Positions 28,344-38,722 of a DNA stretch of 64,000 bases are shown one piece after another; within the stretch, counting starts at the first letter, position 1, and every line of letters starts with the position of its first letter. Under the pieces are notes generated by a model. The model was not told the DNA's origin. It saw nothing but the letters and a program-made list of their open reading frames with translations, and made no database searches. A program made the position numbers and the translations under genes. Source of the DNA: Nannocystis bainbridge (lineage in GTDB: Bacteria > Myxococcota_A > Polyangia > Nannocystales > Nannocystaceae). The stretch covers positions 1,632,001 to 1,696,000 of the forward strand of contig NZ_JAQNDL010000003.1 of assembly GCF_028368995.1 (NCBI RefSeq), read 5' to 3'.

Positions 28344-30152
28344 ATGAATCCTCGCCTGTGTATGAACTTGTGCACCTCGGCTGCCCTCGCGGCCGCGCTC
28401 TTCACCGCCTGCGGCGACAACGGCCAGGTAACTGCCTCCGAGGTCGCCACGATGTCGGGCGGGCCGACCGTCGTGACGACTGACCCGGGGACGACAGCCG
28501 GCAGCACCGACGCCCCGACCACGACCCCCACGTCGACCGACGGCACCGGCACCCAGGGCATGACCGACACCGGCACCACCCAGGGGCCGACCTCGACTGG
28601 ACCGGGCACCACCGACACCCCCGTGACCAGCACCACCGGTCCGGACACCACCGGCACGCCTGGCACCACCACTGTCGACACCACCGGCCTCCCGGGCACC
28701 ACCACCGTCGACACCGACACCACCACCGACTCCACCACCGGCGAGGACCCCTTCTTCGGCGAGATCCCCGAGACCTGTGATCAGGCCGAGCTGTCGAAGA
28801 GCACCGTCGGCTGTGCCTTCTACGCCCTCGACATGGACTCGCACGACTTCTCCGAGACCAGCCAGTTCGCGGTCGCCGTCGCCAACGTGCAGAAGGACCA
28901 GCAGGCCACCGTCACCGTCGAGCGCAAGCAGGGCGGCGTGTGGAACATGATCGCCGGCCCGGTCCAGATCAACGCGCTCGGGCTGCAGACCTTCAACCTG
29001 CCTGACCAGCACACCGACGACAGCCAGCTCGCGGCCGGCTTCGCCTACCGCGTCAAGTCGTCGGTGCCCGTCATCGCCTACCAGTTCAATCCGGTCGACG
29101 GCTCGTCCTCGTTCCTCTCGGACGCCTCGATGCTCTACCCCGTCACCGGCCTCGACTCGATCAACCACGTGATCGCGTGGACGTCGATGATGGACAACAC
29201 CAACACCTTCCAGCACAGCTACGCCAGCGCGGTCGCGGTGATGGACAACACCAAGATCAAGGTCACGCCGAGCACCGTCACCGCCGCCGGCGCCGGCGTC
29301 CCGGCCGGCCAGCCTGGCGTCCCGTTCGAGATCACCCTCAACGAGGGCGACGTGCTCAGCGTCGCCGTGCAGGGCCTCGGCACCTCGATGACCGGCACGA
29401 TCTTCGAGAGCGCCAAGGAGACCCCGTTCATGCTGTTCGCCGGCCAGGAGTGCGCCCTCATCCCGGCGGGCACCTGCTGCTGCGACCACATGGAGGAGCA
29501 GATCAGCGGCGTGCGCCTGTGGGGCAAGCACTTCATCGGCGCGCGCACGGCCGTGCGCAGCGCCAACGCCCCCGAGCCCTCGCTGTGGCAGATCTACGGC
29601 GCCGAGGACGGTACCACCGTCACCCTCAACGCCGACGCTCAGGTCACCGGCTTGCCGGCCAACCCGATCATCCTCGACAAGGGTCAGGTGGTCGAGTTCT
29701 ACGCCGGCGGTCCCACCGGCGAGCCGGGCGACTTCGAGATCACCGCCGACAAGCCGATCGGCGTGATGAACTACATGACCGGCGCCGAGAACCTGCCGCC
29801 CCAGTTCTTCAGCGTCGGCGACCCCGCCGCCGTGCAGATCCCCTCGGTCGAGCAGTTCCTGCCGCGCTACGTCGTCCTCGTGCCCGGGACGTGGGTCAAC
29901 GACGTCGGCGTGTTCACCCGCCAGGCCGGCGCGGTCGTCACCATCGACGGCGTGGCGATCGCCGACTCCGCCTGGAACCCGGTCGCCGACAGCGACTACG
30001 AGGTCGCCCGCGTCCCGCTCGGCGACGGCGTCCACGTGCTCGAGGGCGGCGACGTCCCGTTCAGCGTCATCATCGTCGGCTGGGACCAGCACGACAGCTA
30101 CTCGTACCTCGGCGGCACCGGCACCAAGATCGTCAACCCGACGCCGATGTGA
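28344..30152 (+). CDS. Lipoprotein with IgGFc-binding-like domain
   Basis: LFTAC lipobox, long Thr stalk, SSVPVIAYQFNP, SDASML, CCCDHMEEQ, GDPA, SYSYLGG. Paralogue of the 20766 gene. Confidence 0.85.
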   Translation: MNPRLCMNLCTSAALAAALFTACGDNGQVTASEVATMSGGPTVVTTDPGTTAGSTDAPTTTPTSTDGTGTQGMTDTGTTQGPTSTGPGTTDTPVTSTTGPDTTGTPGTTTVDTTGLPGTTTVDTDTTTDSTTGEDPFFGEIPETCDQAELSKSTVGCAFYALDMDSHDFSETSQFAVAVANVQKDQQATVTVERKQGGVWNMIAGPVQINALGLQTFNLPDQHTDDSQLAAGFAYRVKSSVPVIAYQFNPVDGSSSFLSDASMLYPVTGLDSINHVIAWTSMMDNTNTFQHSYASAVAVMDNTKIKVTPSTVTAAGAGVPAGQPGVPFEITLNEGDVLSVAVQGLGTSMTGTIFESAKETPFMLFAGQECALIPAGTCCCDHMEEQISGVRLWGKHFIGARTAVRSANAPEPSLWQIYGAEDGTTVTLNADAQVTGLPANPIILDKGQVVEFYAGGPTGEPGDFEITADKPIGVMNYMTGAENLPPQFFSVGDPAAVQIPSVEQFLPRYVVLVPGTWVNDVGVFTRQAGAVVTIDGVAIADSAWNPVADSDYEVARVPLGDGVHVLEGGDVPFSVIIVGWDQHDSYSYLGGTGTKIVNPTPM

Positions 30153-30159
30153 TCGCATC

Positions 30160-30238
30160 GGACATGTCCTGAACGACATGTCCATTTGAAAATGACCCAT
30201 CGGACATGCTCTTCAGGGCATGTCCGATGGGCCATCCT
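30160..30238. repeat. 14-bp-phased palindrome array (about 5 units)
   Basis: CATG, AATG or CATC at 30163, 30177, 30191, 30205, 30219 and 30233; fills the gap between convergent genes. Confidence 0.9.
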
Positions 30239-30246
30239 TCATCCGC

Positions 30247-31605
30247 TCAGCCGCCGCACAGGCGGCCCAGCCACGGCTGCTGCGTCCCGCCGTCCTCGCC
30301 GAGGAACGCCCCGCTGACGATCACCGCCCCGTCCGACGTGAACGCCGCGGTGTTGGCGTCGCCCCAGCTGTACGGCAGCCCGAACTCGTGCTCGAAGCTC
30401 CACAGCAGCGCCCCGTCGGCCGCCATCAGCCCCACCCACAGGTCCTTGCGCTGGCCCCACTCGTTGCCCGGCTGCGGCGGCTTCTCGACCCCGCCGACCA
30501 GCAGCAGCGCCCCGTCCTGGCGGAGCCCGTCGCCGAAGCGCAGGCTCTCGGCGCTCGCGTCCGGCAGCGGCATCGTCCACGCCACCGCCCCGTCGCTGGC
30601 GAACTTGCGCAGCGACAGCGGGCTCGGCTTCGCGTCGGGCGTCTCGAGCAGGTAGGCCGCGCCCGCCTCGCCGACCAGCACCGCGCGCGGCTCCGTGGGA
30701 TCTCCCTCGAGCGCGTGCTCCCAGCTCGGCGCCCCATGGTCGTCGAAGCGGGCGATCCACAGCCCCTCGGGGCTCTCGGTGCGGGCGGCCAGCACCACCG
30801 ACCCGTCGGCCCCGAGGTCGTGGCGGACCTTGTAATCGGCGTTGTCCGGCGGCGCCAGGATCGCCTCGCCCAGCACGTTGCCGGCCGTATCGAGGCGCAC
30901 GTGCTTGAACGGCTCCTCGTACGATCCCGCCAGCACGAAGATCGTCGCGCCGTCGGTCGCCAGCTGACCCAGCGGTGAGTACGAGGTCCACGGCTGGGCC
31001 GGCGGCCGCGCGAGCTCCCAGCGCCACACGTGGGCGCCATCGGGCGCGAAGCGGAGCACCACCAGGCGCGCGTCGTAGGTCCCCATCATCTCGCCCTCGA
31101 CCGCGAGGATCGTCTCTTCCACCAGCACGTGGACGAACCCCGACGCATCGATCGCCACGTCGACCGCCCCGTCCTGGAGGCCGTTGGCGCCGGCGTAGGA
31201 GTCGCTCCAGACCGCCGCGCCCTCGGCGTCGCGCAGCTCGACGAACGCGTCGCCGTCGTCGCCGACCGCCGTCCGGCCGGCGACCACCGCCGCGCCGTCG
31301 CGCGCGCCCGCGAGCCCGGGCATGAATCCCGGCAGCTCCGCCGCGCTGCGCGCCCACTGCAGCGCGCCGCCGACCTCCCCCGGCCGGCACACCGGCGCCG
31401 GCGGGTCGCCCGTGCTCGGGTCGCCTGACGGATCGCCCGTGGTCGTGGTCTCGAGCTCGCCGCTGGTGCCCGTCGGCGGCGGACCGCCGGTCGGCGCCTC
31501 GGTCCCGCTGCTGCTGCTCGTGCTGCCGTCGGTCCCGGCGCTCGAATCATTGCACGCGAGCAGCAGCGACCACGAAGTCAGCGCCGCGATCGTCGCCCGC
31601 GTCAC
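30247..31605 (-). CDS. Lipoprotein with probable beta-propeller
   Basis: LLLAC lipobox, T/G stalk, repeated ..G...W blades. Confidence 0.7.
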   Translation of the reverse strand: MTRATIAALTSWSLLLACNDSSAGTDGSTSSSSGTEAPTGGPPPTGTSGELETTTTGDPSGDPSTGDPPAPVCRPGEVGGALQWARSAAELPGFMPGLAGARDGAAVVAGRTAVGDDGDAFVELRDAEGAAVWSDSYAGANGLQDGAVDVAIDASGFVHVLVEETILAVEGEMMGTYDARLVVLRFAPDGAHVWRWELARPPAQPWTSYSPLGQLATDGATIFVLAGSYEEPFKHVRLDTAGNVLGEAILAPPDNADYKVRHDLGADGSVVLAARTESPEGLWIARFDDHGAPSWEHALEGDPTEPRAVLVGEAGAAYLLETPDAKPSPLSLRKFASDGAVAWTMPLPDASAESLRFGDGLRQDGALLLVGGVEKPPQPGNEWGQRKDLWVGLMAADGALLWSFEHEFGLPYSWGDANTAAFTSDGAVIVSGAFLGEDGGTQQPWLGRLCGG

Positions 31606-32477
31606 GACCGGGCCCTCCGCCGCCGCGCCCCCAGCAGCAGCAGCAGCGCCAGCGCCGGGGCGCCCGCGCGCTCCTGTCCCAAAGAGCAGCCGCCCTTGCG
31701 CTCGCCCGCGGGCGGCTCGCCCTCGCTGCCCGACCCGCTCGAGCCGGACTCCTCGCTCGCCGTGTCACTGCCGGTCGTGTCACTGCCGGTCGTCTCGCTG
31801 CCGGTCGTCTCACTCGAAGTAGTGCCACCCGTCGTCTCACTGCCCGTCGTCTCGCTCGCGGTCGTGCCGCCCGTCGTCTCGCCCGCGCTGCTGGTGCCCG
31901 GCTCTGGCCAGTCGCTGGTGCTCTCCTCGCCCTTGCACACGCCCTCGTGGGCGATCTTCACGCCCGCGCAGGTCTCCGCGTAGCAGGCGTTGGCGTAGGA
32001 CACCCCGTCCTCGCCGCACACCGGCGCGTACTCGTCGCCGCAGCCGCAGTACTCCGGCTGGATGCGCGCGCACTCCTCCGCGGTCAGGCCGCTCCCGGCG
32101 ATCCACCCCGTCAGCGCGGGATGCGTCATGCCGAGCAGGCGGGCGTTGTTCTCGCGCTCGGCGATCTCGCTGGCCACCGCGGCGAAGCCTGACTCGATGA
32201 CCAGGTGACCGACCGCGCAAGCGACCCCGTCCTCGTCGATGAAGAACGGCACGCGCTCGCCCATGAACTCCGGGTTCTTCGGGAACAGCCCGGCCACGCG
32301 ATACGTGTGCAGTCGGTCGAGGTTGCGCGCCCGCTCGGCTCGCAGCGCGGGCGGCAGGTGCGACGCATCGCGCGCCCGCAGCTCCGTCTCGACCGTCTCC
32401 AGGTGTCTCTGAATACGGGCCCGGTCGGCGTCGACCTGGCCCACCAATTCCATCGCCAACAAGCAAAATCCAAGCAT
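31602..32477 (-). CDS. Secreted protein with Kazal-type domain, Thr-rich repeats and MYXO-CTERM tail
   Basis: CGDEYAPVCGEDGVSYANACYA...HEGVC (Kazal), TTGSE/TTGSD repeats, GGCS...LALLLLLGARRRR. Confidence 0.78.
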   Translation of the reverse strand: MLGFCLLAMELVGQVDADRARIQRHLETVETELRARDASHLPPALRAERARNLDRLHTYRVAGLFPKNPEFMGERVPFFIDEDGVACAVGHLVIESGFAAVASEIAERENNARLLGMTHPALTGWIAGSGLTAEECARIQPEYCGCGDEYAPVCGEDGVSYANACYAETCAGVKIAHEGVCKGEESTSDWPEPGTSSAGETTGGTTASETTGSETTGGTTSSETTGSETTGSDTTGSDTASEESGSSGSGSEGEPPAGERKGGCSLGQERAGAPALALLLLLGARRRRARS

Positions 32478-32508
32478 GCTTGCAGGGAAGCACCGCGGAC
32501 CGGTCGCG

Positions 32509-34692
32509 TCAAGGCGACGGCGCGCCGGCCCCCGCGAGCGCGGCCTCGGTGGCGCGCAGCAGCGGCTCGGCGGCCACCGGCGCACCGGTCGCTTGCGTCA
32601 TCCATAGATCCGGCGTCAGCGTCCCGAGCGAGGCCATGCGCTCGAACTCCGGGCCGAGCTTGCCCGTCTTGTGGATGTGCTCCTCGATCTGGAACGCGAT
32701 CAGGTGACCCAGCGGATAATCGGCGAGGTACAGCGGGTACGAGATCATGTGGCTGTAGATGCCGAGCAATGGCGTGCCCGGGCTGCCGAGCACCGGCGCG
32801 TAATAGCGGTCCCACGTGTCCTGGGCGATCTTCACGGTCGCCTCGCGCAGCTCGGCCGCGGTCGCCTCGGGGTGGTCGTACATCCAGTGCCAGGTGGCGA
32901 CGTCGACCAGGGCCACGCCGGCGATCTCGAAGGTCGCCCAGAAATCGGCCAGCACCCGCTCGCGCTCGCTCGCCGCGTCGGGCTCGCCGACGCCGAGCAG
33001 CTCCAGGTCGCGGGCCTGGAACACGAACGCCAGCGCCTCGGTGAACGCGCTGTTGGGCACGCCGGCGAGCAGCGTGTGATCGACGCCGTACAGCGAGAAC
33101 ACCTGCTCGACGTTGTGGCCGAGCTCGTGCACGGCGATGTTGTAGCCCTTGTAGTCCATGCCATCGGCGCCGACGCGGGTGCGCAGGTGCGGGAAATCGC
33201 CGCGCCGCAGCGACTGCAGCGCGTGCCCGGCCCCGCGCGACGGATCGACGAGGATGCGCTCGGCCAGGAACTTCGCCTTCGCCGGCGCGAACCCGAGGCC
33301 CTGCAGCAGCCGCGGCATGTCGCGCGCGAACGCGTCGGCCGTCGGATAGCGGGCCTTCGTACGCCGGTCGAGCTCGGCCTCGGCGTGGGCCGCGTTGCCG
33401 CGGAAGCCAGCGTACCACAGGTCCTGCGGCCCGAGCTCGCGACCGAGGCGCTGGCGCATCAGCGCGGCCGTGCGGCCCACCAGCGGCGATGTCAGCACCT
33501 GCTCGAGCAACGCCTTGACGCGCGCCTCCGGCAGCTCGCGCGCGATCTCGAAGCTGCGGGCGATCGCCGTCGGGGCGATCGGCACATACCTGTCCTCCTG
33601 GCGCGCCGCGTGGAAGTTGGCCAGCAACTTGCGGTAGCGGACATCGTCCTCGCGCGCGCCGTCGACGACGACCTCGCGCGGCGGCGCGTCGGCCTCGACC
33701 TCGCTCGCGGGCGCGGCCGTCACCGCGTTGGTGAACGGGTCCCAGTCGACCCGCGGGTTGTCGATCACCGCCGCCGGGATCGTCTGGGTCACGATCCGCT
33801 CCATCACCTTGACGATCATCCGCTGCTTCTTCAGCCCGTCGGGGTCGGCGTAGCGGCCCTTGAGCTCGTCGCGCAGGTTCCAGTGGCTGATGAGGCGCAG
33901 GCCGGACGGGAAAAGGCGCGCACCTGTCTCATCGACCAGGTGGTGCATCCAGATGTTGTACTGCGAGATGTAGAGGTCGGCGTCGGCGGTCGCGCGCGTC
34001 ACCGCCTGGCGCACCTCGGCCGGCACGCGGCGGCCGAAGCGAGCCCCGAGGCGGGCCTCGGCCCACTCCTGCCGGCTGTACTTCGGGCCATGTTCGCTGC
34101 GCTCCGCCAGAGTCGTCAGCGGGAAGTTGAGCAGGACCACGAAGCCGACCCTGCTCTGGAACAGGTCCTCGGTGACGTGGGCGAACGGGTCGTAGGTGGC
34201 GAACAGCGGATCGATCGCCAGCAGGGGGCCGTCCTCGACGTCGCTGGCGCGCCGGACCTCGCGGCCGACCTCGTGGGTGTGGCCGTCGATCTGCTCGAAC
34301 ACCGACTCGAGGCGGGCGAACGTGGCCGCCAGCTGGACCGGATCGCTGATGAATTGCTCGCGCACGAACGCCGCCAGGTCGCCGTCCTCCGGCCGCCACA
34401 GCGCCGCGACCTGCGACAGGCCGCGATCGATGCGGGCGCGCTGGCCCTCGCCGTGGCCGCGCAGCAGTTCGGAACCGAGGGCCGTAAGGTCGGGCGGGGT
34501 CATCGGCGGACTCTCCGGCGTCGCGGGGCTCACGGCCGGCACCGCGGCGACGGGCGTCGGTGCGGCGGTCGTCGGTGCAGAGGTCGTCGCTGGCGGCGGA
34601 CCCGCCGCGGGCCCGCGGTCACACGCGAGCGCGAGCACGAACGGGGCGAGGGACCGGAGGTTGCGGCGACGAAAGCTTGCAGGCGCGGACAC
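32509..34692 (-). CDS. Lipoprotein, probable gluzincin-like (M2/M3-type) zinc metallopeptidase
   Basis: VLALAC lipobox; HELGH followed by AFTEALA; HMISYPLY. Confidence 0.62.
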   Translation of the reverse strand: MSAPASFRRRNLRSLAPFVLALACDRGPAAGPPPATTSAPTTAAPTPVAAVPAVSPATPESPPMTPPDLTALGSELLRGHGEGQRARIDRGLSQVAALWRPEDGDLAAFVREQFISDPVQLAATFARLESVFEQIDGHTHEVGREVRRASDVEDGPLLAIDPLFATYDPFAHVTEDLFQSRVGFVVLLNFPLTTLAERSEHGPKYSRQEWAEARLGARFGRRVPAEVRQAVTRATADADLYISQYNIWMHHLVDETGARLFPSGLRLISHWNLRDELKGRYADPDGLKKQRMIVKVMERIVTQTIPAAVIDNPRVDWDPFTNAVTAAPASEVEADAPPREVVVDGAREDDVRYRKLLANFHAARQEDRYVPIAPTAIARSFEIARELPEARVKALLEQVLTSPLVGRTAALMRQRLGRELGPQDLWYAGFRGNAAHAEAELDRRTKARYPTADAFARDMPRLLQGLGFAPAKAKFLAERILVDPSRGAGHALQSLRRGDFPHLRTRVGADGMDYKGYNIAVHELGHNVEQVFSLYGVDHTLLAGVPNSAFTEALAFVFQARDLELLGVGEPDAASERERVLADFWATFEIAGVALVDVATWHWMYDHPEATAAELREATVKIAQDTWDRYYAPVLGSPGTPLLGIYSHMISYPLYLADYPLGHLIAFQIEEHIHKTGKLGPEFERMASLGTLTPDLWMTQATGAPVAAEPLLRATEAALAGAGAPSP

Positions 34693-34826
34693 GACCGGAC
34701 GAGTGTATCTGGACCCGCCGGGAGCGCGCCTGTCCGAAGAGACATCTGCAGCCGGCGGCGCCGGCGAGCTCGACGATGCGAGACGGCGATGGCACTGCGT
34801 TCACCCCGGTGCCGGAGTCGCAACGC

Positions 34827-34866
34827 AAAAGGGGCCGGGCGGGCGCCAGACGCCCCGCACGGCCCC
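34827..34866 (-). terminator. Rho-independent terminator of the 34892-35305 gene
   Basis: On the minus strand, GGGGCCG...CGGCCCC stem followed by TTTT. Confidence 0.6.
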
Positions 34867-34891
34867 GGGGGGCGCACCGCGAGCGCGTCGC

Positions 34892-35305
34892 TCAGGTGAC
34901 GACGTCGACCACCGCGCTGGCCTTGGGATGGCGGCCGGTGGCCTGCAGCTTGGCGGTGACGCGGTAGCGGCGGTGATTGGCCGTCGGCTCGAGGTCCTCG
35001 GGCAGGTGCAGCACCAGCGGCACCTGCAGGCGCTCGCCGGGGGCCAGCGAGCGGCCGAGCGGGATCGTCACGGCGGCGGCCTCGCGCCAGAAATCGAAGT
35101 CGCCGTGCCGGGGGTTGTCATAGATGAGGCGCTCCTCATCCAGCCGGAGCAGCACGCCCTCGAGGTTCACGTCATGCTCGCCGCCGACCAACTCCAGCGT
35201 CGCGCGGAGGTCCTCACCGGCGCGAACAGCGGCCTGGAGGTCGCGGAGGGCGATCCCCTCGCCGTTGCTGACGATCGCGTGCTTGATCCGTTCGATAAAA
35301 CTCAT
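34892..35305 (-). CDS. Spo0M/arrestin-N-like small protein
   Basis: MSFIERIK...GE.L...L.L.GG...L.PGE...VP..L.LP pattern. Confidence 0.55.
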   Translation of the reverse strand: MSFIERIKHAIVSNGEGIALRDLQAAVRAGEDLRATLELVGGEHDVNLEGVLLRLDEERLIYDNPRHGDFDFWREAAAVTIPLGRSLAPGERLQVPLVLHLPEDLEPTANHRRYRVTAKLQATGRHPKASAVVDVVT

Positions 35306-35443
35306 GGGGCCCCATGGCTCTGTAGCACCGCATGATGCACCCTTCATCTGAACGAATCTTCGGGTATTTCTTATCGGTGGACGCTTCTCCTGATTCTTGC
35401 CATCACATCGCCCTCGCCGCCGATTAAGCCAGCTTCATTCTCG

Positions 35444-37018
35444 ATGCCACCATTGACTCCAGACAAGCAGCCCTGGCACGCGCACCTGGCCGCCGACATT
35501 CCGGCCTCGCTCGTCGTCTTCCTCGTGGCCTTGCCGCTGTGCCTGGGTATCGCCCTGGCGTCCGGAGCGCCGCTGCTCTCGGGCCTGTTCGCGGGGTTCG
35601 TCGGCGGCCTCGTCGTCGGCGCCCTCAGTGGTTCGCCGCTCAGCGTCAGCGGGCCGGCCGCCGGCCTCACCGTGGTCGTGGCCGCCGGCATCGCCGAGCT
35701 CGGCGCCTATCCGGTCTTCATCCTCGCGGTCGTGCTGGCCGGGGCGATGCAGCTCGTGTTCGGCATGCTGCGGGCCGGCGTGGTCGCCCACTTCGTCCCG
35801 GTCGCGGTGGTCCACGGCATGCTGGCGGCGATCGGCTGCATCCTGGTGCTCAAGCAGATCCCGCACGCGCTCGGCTACGACGTCGACTTCGAGGGCGACG
35901 AGAGCTTCGTCGGCCAGAGCGGCGGCAACACCTTCACCGACATCCTCGCCGCCGTGCAGCACGTCGAGCTCGGCGCCTTCATCGTCTTCTCCGCGGCGCT
36001 GGCGGCCCTGCTGCTGTGGCAGAAGGTCGGCCGCAAGCTGGTCGGCTCGTGGATGCCGCCGGCGCTGGCAGCGGTGGTCGTCGGCGCCGCCACCAACGAG
36101 CTGTTCCGCCACTACGCGCCCGGCCTGTACCTGACCGACGCCACCCACCTGGTCGCCATCCCCGACCTCAGCGGCCTCTACGGCATCCTGTTCGCGCTGC
36201 CGTTCCCCGACTTCTCGCGCATCGGCGACCCCGCGGTGTGGCGCATCGCCGCCACCATCGCCGTCATCGCCAGCGTCGAGTCGCTGCTGTCGGTCGGCGC
36301 CTCCGACAAGCTCGACCCGTTCCACCGCATCACCCCGACCGACCGCGAGCTCAAGGCCCAGGGCGCCGGCAACATCGTCTCCGGCCTGCTCGGCGGCCTG
36401 CCGATCACCGCCGTCATCGTCCGCTCCTCGGCCAACATCGACGCCGGCGCGCGCACCCGCGTGTCAGCGATCCTCCACGGCGTCCTGCTGCTGCTCAGCG
36501 TCCTGGTGCTGGCGCCGATCCTCAACCACATCCCGCTGTCGGCCCTGGCCGCGGTGCTGATCGTCATGGGCCTGCGGCTGGCCAGCGTGCGGGTGTTCCA
36601 CGAGCAGTTCCGCCGCGGCAAGAACCAGTTCGTGCCGTTCGTCGTCACCATCGCGGCGATCCTGCTGACCGACCTGCTGGTCGGGGTCGCCATCGGCGTC
36701 GGCGTCGGCGTCTTCTACGTCATCCGCGGCAACTTCAAGTCGGCGATCGTGGTCGCCCACGACGATCACGAGTACCTGATCCGGTTCGCCAAGGACGTCT
36801 CGTTCCTCAACAAGCCGGCGCTGCTGCGCGCCTTCTCGACCATCCCGAGCGGCGCCACCGTGCTCATCGACGGCACCAAGGCCCAGTTCATCGACCCGGA
36901 CATCGTCGACGCGATCGACGACTTCCTGCTGTCGGCCAAGGCCCGCAACATCACCGTGGAGCTGCGCCGCAGCGCCACCAGCCTCAACGTCCACTTCAAG
37001 CAAGAGGCCGCCGCATGA
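35444..37018 (+). CDS. SulP/SLC26 anion (bicarbonate/sulfate) transporter
   Basis: VVFLVALPLCLGIALASG, SVSGPAAG, ELKAQG.GN, PITAVIVRSSAN, short STAS-like tail. Confidence 0.93.
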   Translation: MPPLTPDKQPWHAHLAADIPASLVVFLVALPLCLGIALASGAPLLSGLFAGFVGGLVVGALSGSPLSVSGPAAGLTVVVAAGIAELGAYPVFILAVVLAGAMQLVFGMLRAGVVAHFVPVAVVHGMLAAIGCILVLKQIPHALGYDVDFEGDESFVGQSGGNTFTDILAAVQHVELGAFIVFSAALAALLLWQKVGRKLVGSWMPPALAAVVVGAATNELFRHYAPGLYLTDATHLVAIPDLSGLYGILFALPFPDFSRIGDPAVWRIAATIAVIASVESLLSVGASDKLDPFHRITPTDRELKAQGAGNIVSGLLGGLPITAVIVRSSANIDAGARTRVSAILHGVLLLLSVLVLAPILNHIPLSALAAVLIVMGLRLASVRVFHEQFRRGKNQFVPFVVTIAAILLTDLLVGVAIGVGVGVFYVIRGNFKSAIVVAHDDHEYLIRFAKDVSFLNKPALLRAFSTIPSGATVLIDGTKAQFIDPDIVDAIDDFLLSAKARNITVELRRSATSLNVHFKQEAAA

Positions 37019-37632
37019 ACCCCGCTCGTCGCCTGCTCCTCGCCAACAAGTCGTGGGCCCAGGAGCGCCGGTCCATCGACCCCGAGTTCTTCGCCCGCCT
37101 GGCCAACGGCCAGCAGCCCGAGTTCTTGTGGATCTCCTGCTCCGACAGCCGGGTCCCCGAGACCCAGCTGACCGTCACCGACGCCGGCGAGCTGTTCGTC
37201 CACCGCAACGTCGCCAACCTCGTGCGCGCCGACGACCGCAACGTCCTGTGCGTGCTGCAGTACGCGATCGAGGCCCTCAAGGTCCACCACGTCATCGTCT
37301 GCGGCCACTACGGCTGCGGCGGCGTCAAGGCGGCGATGACCGGGCCCCCGCCCGGCCGCCTCACCGAGTGGCTCGAGCCGGTCGCCGACATCTACCAGCG
37401 CCACCGCGCCGAGCTCGACCTGCTGCCCGAGGACGAGCGCTGGGCCAAGCTGGTCGAGCTCAACTCGGTCGCCCAGGTCAACCGCCTGGCCGAGACCGAC
37501 GTGATCCAGAACGCCTGGGCCCGCGGCCAGTACCCGTACCTGCACGCGTGGGTCTACTCGCTGCCCGACGGCCTGATCCAGCCGCTGCTGACCCTGAGCC
37601 CCAAGGGGCCGCAGGACCTGCTCGGCACGTAG
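37015..37632 (+). CDS. can: Beta-class carbonic anhydrase
   Basis: CSDSRVP, GELFVHRNVAN and CGHYGCGG zinc ligands. Confidence 0.95.
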   Translation: MNPARRLLLANKSWAQERRSIDPEFFARLANGQQPEFLWISCSDSRVPETQLTVTDAGELFVHRNVANLVRADDRNVLCVLQYAIEALKVHHVIVCGHYGCGGVKAAMTGPPPGRLTEWLEPVADIYQRHRAELDLLPEDERWAKLVELNSVAQVNRLAETDVIQNAWARGQYPYLHAWVYSLPDGLIQPLLTLSPKGPQDLLGT

Positions 37633-37661
37633 ACGCGGCCGCCGGGCCGGCGACGATCCAA

Positions 37662-37707
37662 AATGTCTCTCGGGACATGCCTCTTCAGGCATGTCCCGAG
37701 AGATATC
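37662..37707. repeat. 14-bp-phased palindrome array forming a 17-bp perfect hairpin
   Basis: TCTCTCGGGACATGCCT-CTTC-AGGCATGTCCCGAGAGA; phase positions 37662, 37676, 37690, 37704. Confidence 0.9.
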
Positions 37708-37885
37708 ATGCCTCCCATGGGGTCGCCGGCACCCGTGATCTCGCGCCGTGAGGTCGCGGGCGGACGCGCGTCATCGGCGATCGACCGAGACGACGACGAT
37801 GTCATGACGGTCCTCATGACAGCGGCGCAATGTGGAGAAAATCCGCGATGAACCGGTGGAGCGGGCCGTGCACGGCGACGCCGCC

Positions 37886-38722
37886 ATGACGACCTGCGAC
37901 TCGATCCTCGCCACGACCATGACCCTGTGTGCCGCGCTCGCGCTCGCTTGCGGCCCCGGCACCAAAGAGACCGCGAGCGACGGCGACCCGTCGACCACGA
38001 GCACCACGGACGCGCTCACGACCGGCCCGACGACCACCGAGGCGACCGCCGCCACCGAGCCCGGCACCACCACCGTCGAGCCCGGGACCACCACCGAGGC
38101 CACCACCCTCGAGCCCGGCACCACCACCGAGGCCACCACCGACGAGCCCGTGATGGCCTGCGAGATCGACGCCTGCCTGACGCGCTTCACCTTCGATTGC
38201 GAGGACTTCAACCCCAGCGGCTGCGTCCCGCCCTGCGACTTCCGCGGCTGGGACTGCGGGCTCCCGCAGGCCTGCAAGCCGATCAAGCTGCAGAACACCC
38301 CGGACTCGCTGGAGCTGCTGACCCTCCACTCCCCGGTCGAGGACGCCGTGTGCGTGCTCCAGCAATTGCGCGATCGCGCCATCGGCCGCGTGACGATCGA
38401 GTGGGGCGACATCCAGGGCTTCGAGGCCGACGCGGCCGTCAGCGTGCTGGCGAACGTCGACATCGTCGGCGACGAGGGCGTGCTGATGACCTGGAGCTGG
38501 GACTACAAGGCCTGCTGCATCGACACCCTGGCCCAGTCGCAGCGGGTCCTGCTGCAGCCGCCGGCGTTCTTCGACGACTGCCTGGCCGACCCGACCCCCG
38601 AGAAGCTGACGGCGTGCCTCATCGGCGCGACGCCGACCCCGTACGAGCCGGCGCCCGACGACTACTTGCCGCCGTGGACCCTGGGCATGTGCGACGCGAC
38701 CCCGCCCGCCTGCCCCGCGTGA
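37886..38722 (+). CDS. Cys-rich lipoprotein with Thr stalk
   Basis: LALAC lipobox, EPGTTT repeats. Start uncertain. Confidence 0.7.
   Translation: MTTCDSILATTMTLCAALALACGPGTKETASDGDPSTTSTTDALTTGPTTTEATAATEPGTTTVEPGTTTEATTLEPGTTTEATTDEPVMACEIDACLTRFTFDCEDFNPSGCVPPCDFRGWDCGLPQACKPIKLQNTPDSLELLTLHSPVEDAVCVLQQLRDRAIGRVTIEWGDIQGFEADAAVSVLANVDIVGDEGVLMTWSWDYKACCIDTLAQSQRVLLQPPAFFDDCLADPTPEKLTACLIGATPTPYEPAPDDYLPPWTLGMCDATPPACPA

Noticed and set aside
31755-31880. 15-bp tandem repeats
   Set aside because: They simply encode the TTGSE/TTGSD low-complexity stalk of the Kazal protein.
35444-37632. SulP plus carbonic anhydrase as a novel system
   Set aside because: Well-known bicarbonate transport/hydration pairing.
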